Positions 54,574 through 58,918 of a stretch of 58,918 bases of DNA are shown one piece after another. The DNA comes from Macrostomum lignano (Eukaryota). The position numbers were made by a program, and so were the translations under genes. How positions within the stretch are numbered: position 1 is the first letter of the stretch; every line of letters begins with the position of its first letter. A model generated the notes under the pieces. It ran no database searches. It was not told the DNA's origin and saw nothing but the letters and a program-made list of their open reading frames with translations. The stretch covers positions 1-58,918 of the forward strand of contig NIVC01002940.1 in NCBI GenBank assembly GCA_002269645.1. The letters are read 5' to 3'.

Positions 54574-55339
54574 TCTGATCAGCGGCGAGACAGGGAGGGA
54601 GTGATGCGAGGCAGATTGCAGCAGTCGGTTGAGACGGCACGGCTTTTACTGCCGCTGCATTGAGCACAGCGGAGGATTGGAATTTTTGGTTGTTTCCGAG
54701 AACTGCGCGTCCTGATTCGCTCAGGAGTAAAGAAATGAGGATTTTAGCCGCCCGAGAGCTGAGACCCGACTGACAGGTGTGTAACGGGGGGAGCGGGAGA
54801 CGGGGATCACTTAGGGGCGGGAAGTCAGGAGTAGATGAGTAGCTGCAGCTGAGCACGGGATGAGGCTTTGAGCATCACAGGGAAGCGGAGTCGGGGAGGG
54901 GAGAACACCCTCTCTCGTCTCTTCGTATTCCCCGACTCAGGAGAAGACCTGCTGTTGCCCACAGCAGCTCAAGAGCAGGCAGCCTCGCCCGGCCCCGCCC
55001 AGTTCAGGCTCGCACCTGGAGACTCGCAACTTCCCTGCCGTGTCGCTCGGCCACCTGTCCGAAATGCAGGGAATCTGGGGATCCACCCATCTTGCGTCCC
55101 CACGCTTCCACGGCTGTGAGGCCCAAGGATTTTATGAATATGAATTTTGATATCTTCACGACACTGAGGCGAGCATGAATCTTGGAAACGCTGTCACAGA
55201 CTTTAACTTTAAAATATTGAAATTTCACGAGCTGGGAAAGTCTCTAATCCAAGCTCCCCTGCTCAGTTCAGCTGTAGAAATAGAAAAATAAAGATAAAGG
55301 GCAGAACAGACGCAGATTGAAGGATATGTAATGTGGAAC

Positions 55340-56085
55340 AGAGGAGGGGAGGAGATGAAGGGCGGAGGGGATGAAGAATCTGACCAGATGAAGAGTGGAG
55401 GAGATGAAGGGTAGTGGAGATGAAGGGTTGAGGAGATGAAGGGTTGAAAAGATGAAGGGTTGAGAAGATGAAAGGTTGAGAAGATGAAAGGTTGAGAAGA
55501 TGAAGGGCAGTGGAGATGAAGGGTTGAGGAGATGAAGGGTAGTGGAGATGAAGGGTTGAGGAGATGAAGGGTTGAGGAGATGAAGGGCGGAGGAGATGAA
55601 GAGTCTGACGAGATGAAGAGTGGAGGAGATGAAGAGTTGAGGAGATGCAGGATGGGGGAGATGAAGGGTGGGGGAGATGAAGAGTTGAGGAGATGAAGGA
55701 TGGGGGAGATGAAGGGTTGAGGAGATGAAGGGTTGAGGAGATGAAGGGCGGAGGAGATGAAGAGTCTGACGAGATGAAGAGTGGAGGAGATGAAGAGTTG
55801 AGGAGATGAAGGATGGGGGAGATGAAGGGTGGGGGAGATGAAGAGTTGAGGAGATGAAGGATGGGGGAGATGAAGGGTTGAGGAGATGAAGGGTTGAGGA
55901 GATGAAGGGCGGAGGAGATGAAGAGTCTGACGAGATGAAGAGTGGAGGAGATGAAGAGTTGAGGAGATGCAGGATGGGGGAGATGAAGGGTGGGGGAGAT
56001 GAAGAGTTGAGGAGATGCAGGATGGGGGAGATGAAGGATGGGGGAGATGAAGGGTAGAGGAGATGACGGGCAGAGGAGATGAAAG
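55340..56085. repeat. Purine-rich ~16-bp minisatellite (GGAGATGAAG + 6 variable nt)n with higher-order blocks
   Basis: Direct tandem repeats; produces the spurious SSPPPFISSTLHLL ORFs. Confidence 0.93.
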
Positions 56086-56667
56086 GAGAAGATATAAAGG
56101 GCAACACAAAAGACAATTAAAATAAATTATGAAAATAGCGAGCTACCTCCTAGCCTCTTATTAATTTATTTATGAAATTAGCAATTAAGAAAGATACAAT
56201 CAATGGTCAGCATTGTGTCACCAAACCGCAGGCTGCAGCAACTTAAATTAAGCAATGCATCTGATGTAAGAAAGTACATAAAATAATTAAATAATTCTTA
56301 TTGGCTTATTACAGAGCCTTGGGTGAGTTGAGAATGTTCACTCAGATACTTAAATATGATCAAATAGTGGCGTGAAATTTGCACACTGTTCTTTGGAAAA
56401 CTGTTGAAGGGCCGGCCTTTGTGTCTAAATGATCTAAGCTAACTAAAAATTAGTTTTTTTACTGAAGTTTCCAAAATATCATTAATCATTAATAACAGCC
56501 TTTAAATTAAGTACTCATAAACAAAATCATAAACAATTTTTAAACAAGTAACTTTTACAGGACATCCTGGTGCACATTCAATCTTTCTATCAGTTTTTCA
56601 ACGAAGAACGTTAATTTTTTACTGAGAGTCTGGGACTTTAAAAAAGATCCTAAATTGCTAAACCTCC

Positions 56668-56952
56668 TAATAATAATAATAATAATTGATTACACCTGCC
56701 CTAATAACCAGATGTGCAACCGACAGCTCAGCCGCAGCTATTGCGGGGGACACATCTGAAGGCTGCGTACGGCTGTTCAGTCCAAGGACTGGGATTAATT
56801 ACCCCAGCTAATGCTGGCACCCATTTTACAGCTGGGTGAACTGAAGAGTTAAGTGTCCTGCTCAAGGACACAAATTGTTCCGAGTTGGGTCGAGAATCGA
56901 ACACCCGACCTTTCACTCGCAAGCCCGACTCTCTAGCCACTAGGCTGCAACC
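56668..56952 (-). mobile_element. tRNA-derived SINE with central conserved-type domain and (ATT)n tail
   Basis: - strand: A-box-like TAGTGGCTAGAG, B-box-like GTTCGATTC, then GTGTCCTTGAGCAGGACACTTAAC...CACCCAGCTGTAAAATGGGT resembling CORE/Meta-type SINE central domains, ending in an ATT-repeat tail. Confidence 0.8.
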
Positions 56953-56994
56953 CTCCAACAGTTTCCGAGAAACAAAGTGTCTCAATTCTGTCCA

Positions 56995-57330
56995 TCACAG
57001 GTGGTTGAGGTCGAAGCCGTCCAGCGACGGGTGCATCGCCAGCTCGACTTCAGCGTCCTCTGACGCCCGAAGCGCCGCTGACACGACAGCGGCTCGTTGA
57101 TCCACCGGCAGCACGCGGTGGATCGTCAGGTAGCTCCTTGAGTTGGCAGGGCAGGCCAGCTGAAGCCAGTCACCGAACTCCGTGTCCAGCTGCGATGCCA
57201 CTTGGCTGACCGAGCGGCCGTCCAGCACGAAGATCGTCACCGAGGTGACTCGCCTGTTGTACAGGAAGAGCACCTTCAGCTCGGCGAGCATGCTCTTGAC
57301 GTCTGCTTCGTCTCGCAGCCAGACTTTCAC
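56995..57330 (-). CDS. Probable terminal coding exon (111 aa) of a gene whose upstream exons were not identified
   Basis: Acceptor CAATCCAG before GTG AAA GTC; sharp switch to GC3-rich codon usage as in the other genes here; open to TGA at 56995. Confidence 0.6.
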   Translation of the reverse strand: MKVWLRDEADVKSMLAELKVLFLYNRRVTSVTIFVLDGRSVSQVASQLDTEFGDWLQLACPANSRSYLTIHRVLPVDQRAAVVSAALRASEDAEVELAMHPSLDGFDLNHL

Positions 57331-57559
57331 CTGGATTGTGTGAGAAATTGTGACGTTTTTGTAGATTAGAATAGGATTTACGTCGGATTTGAACAACTTT
57401 TACGTTAAGCCTCATGAATTGTGTCAAGACGCACAGGTACAAGAATTCTTATCACAGAAAGTACAATTGTGACTCATTTGGGCCTACACGCACTGAATTT
57501 AATCCAAGATAAATTTTGTCTAAGGTAGCAAGGCTTGCACAGCGGCATTTTATTTGGTC

Positions 57560-57970
57560 CAACAAGCACCAACTTGGTCCAAACGCTCGTGAGCCATTCG
57601 GCCAATTCCTGCCTTCTCGCAACAGTCTGCGGTTGTTGCGTACCGCTGGAATGTCAGCGTCTCTACCAACAATTTTCAGTCGCTTTTCCAGAGCTCTGCT
57701 AATAGTCAAAATCTGATAACCAAATGGAACTGTTCCTTTAACTTCTACTGAATTTCTGCAACGTCAGCAAAGGGTTCGTCTCAATTGCATTGAGTAGCAG
57801 TTGGATTTGAAGTCCTTGCCACCCTTTAGCAGGCGATCTCTGCCGGCAGTGATTTTCAACGCGCTGATGGATGCTGTAAACCATCTTTTCTTTTAAATTC
57901 AGCAACCTTGCAGTGTCATTTGGGTGTTCACCTCTGTCGAGCGCTTCGATCACAAAGCCAATGGCATTCG
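57560..57970 (-). pseudogene. Decayed N-terminal (HTH) half of an IS630/Tc1-like transposase
   Basis: Frame-stitched translation: IEALDRGEHPNDTARLLNLKEKMVYSIHQR...LLLNAIETNPLLTL / AEIQ*KLKEQFHLVI / LTISRALEKRL...IPAVRN / TVARRQELAEWL; several frameshifts; no TIR located. Confidence 0.6.
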
Positions 57971-58540
57971 TTCGACAGCCTAGCATATGGTCACAGTTCT
58001 GGGGCTCATCTTGATCTTGCTGAGGTTGTTTGTAGCTCAAAATACTTGCTTTGGCACTGAGACAAATATCAGCATCAGGAATTTTTATACTCGTAAAAGA
58101 AACAGACTGATAACCTGAAGAAGTATAAAATATGAATAATACCCCCAAAACGTTTCTTTGTCCATGAAGTCGGCTGGGCCATGCCGGGGATTAAATAGTT
58201 AACAAATGACTACCTTTAGCCATAGACAAAAAGCCTACTGTAAATGTTTGAATTGCAACGGCTCTGTCTGTTTTGAATTGAATTTCCGCTATCTTCTTTT
58301 TCAGAACTTGACTCTGATCGAAATTGAACGTAAAAGGTGTATTACTTGCTGAAATATGGATGAAATACCTTATTGGTGAATGCTTAAATCACAAAATATA
58401 GCTGCTCTCATTTTCCGACATATGAAATTCGACGCTTACAGAGCATGGATGAATAATAAAGTATAATGTTGGTATTCTTATATAATAATAGCAAGTTATG
58501 CTATTCATCCAACATATTCATGCACTTGGAACCTACTCAA

Positions 58541-58604
58541 TGGGTCGAGAATCGAACCCCGACCTTTCAGTTGTGAATCCGATCGGCTCTGCTAGGCTAG
58601 AGCC
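58541..58604 (-). mobile_element. Isolated tRNA-like SINE head (related to the 56668-56952 SINE) or tRNA pseudogene
   Basis: Shares TGAAAGGTCGGG..TTCGATTCTCGACCCA with the SINE head; T-stem has an extra G and no SINE body follows. Confidence 0.6.
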
Positions 58605-58918
58605 CTAAAACCTCCCAAAATCTATTAACCAGCCATACAGCAAAATTTGCAGGCAGAGTCCACGTGGCACACAATAAAAACCTAATAAAAATGGATCGAA
58701 TTGTAAAACAGCCTGAGACGTCTCCTAATTTGCCATCCTAAAAAAGAGCCACGCCCAGCCTAAAAATAGAAACCATATTTTCATATTCCTGAACACAATT
58801 TCCGAAATCATTCATGTGAATTCTTCCTCATGGTTCCTTCCTCCCCAATGCCCAATGCCGCATTAATTGATTCGGCTTGCAAGGCGAAATCACAAAAAGA
58901 CACAAGATAATTTCCTTC

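Noticed and set aside
55225-56116. Two ~290-aa Ser/Pro/Leu-rich ORFs
   Set aside because: Translations of the 16-bp minisatellite
58541-58604. Functional tRNA gene
   Set aside because: T-stem has an extra G, D-arm and acceptor stem pair poorly, and it matches the SINE head at ~56880-56952

Overview
Eukaryotic (metazoan, probably invertebrate) genomic DNA, very repeat-rich; the organism cannot be fixed from sequence alone. Host genes: (i) the 3' part of a spliced + strand gene with a degenerate EF-hand-like region (exons 306-6751), whose last intron is filled by a 36-bp minisatellite; (ii) a DEG/ENaC channel with an uninterrupted CDS (18257-20398) and Thr at the degenerin position; (iii) a 4-exon - strand gene for a predicted myristoylated ~523-aa four-repeat protein (51371-54573); (iv) a probable terminal exon of another - strand gene (56995-57330). 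Mobile DNA: a full-length LOA-like LINE (APE-RT-RNase H-CCHC) with a 12-bp TSD (8866-14775), an internally deleted IS630/Tc1/mariner element with TA TSD (20953-21839), a second decayed IS630/Tc1 fragment, and tRNA-derived SINE pieces. The most unusual structure is a ~23.9-kb segment (26831-50702) with (TCTG)n on both sides and 23-bp terminal inverted repeats. Its ends carry a repeated GGTCCA(G/C)CTAA motif, and its interior is a 21.5-kb hierarchical satellite of 31 units, each with 2-5 full 88-bp monomers plus a ~400-bp constant part. The monomer contains the same palindromic motif, about 135 copies in total. No transposase is visible in it. Most long ORFs in the track are translations of simple repeats. 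All counts and coordinates were made by eye.
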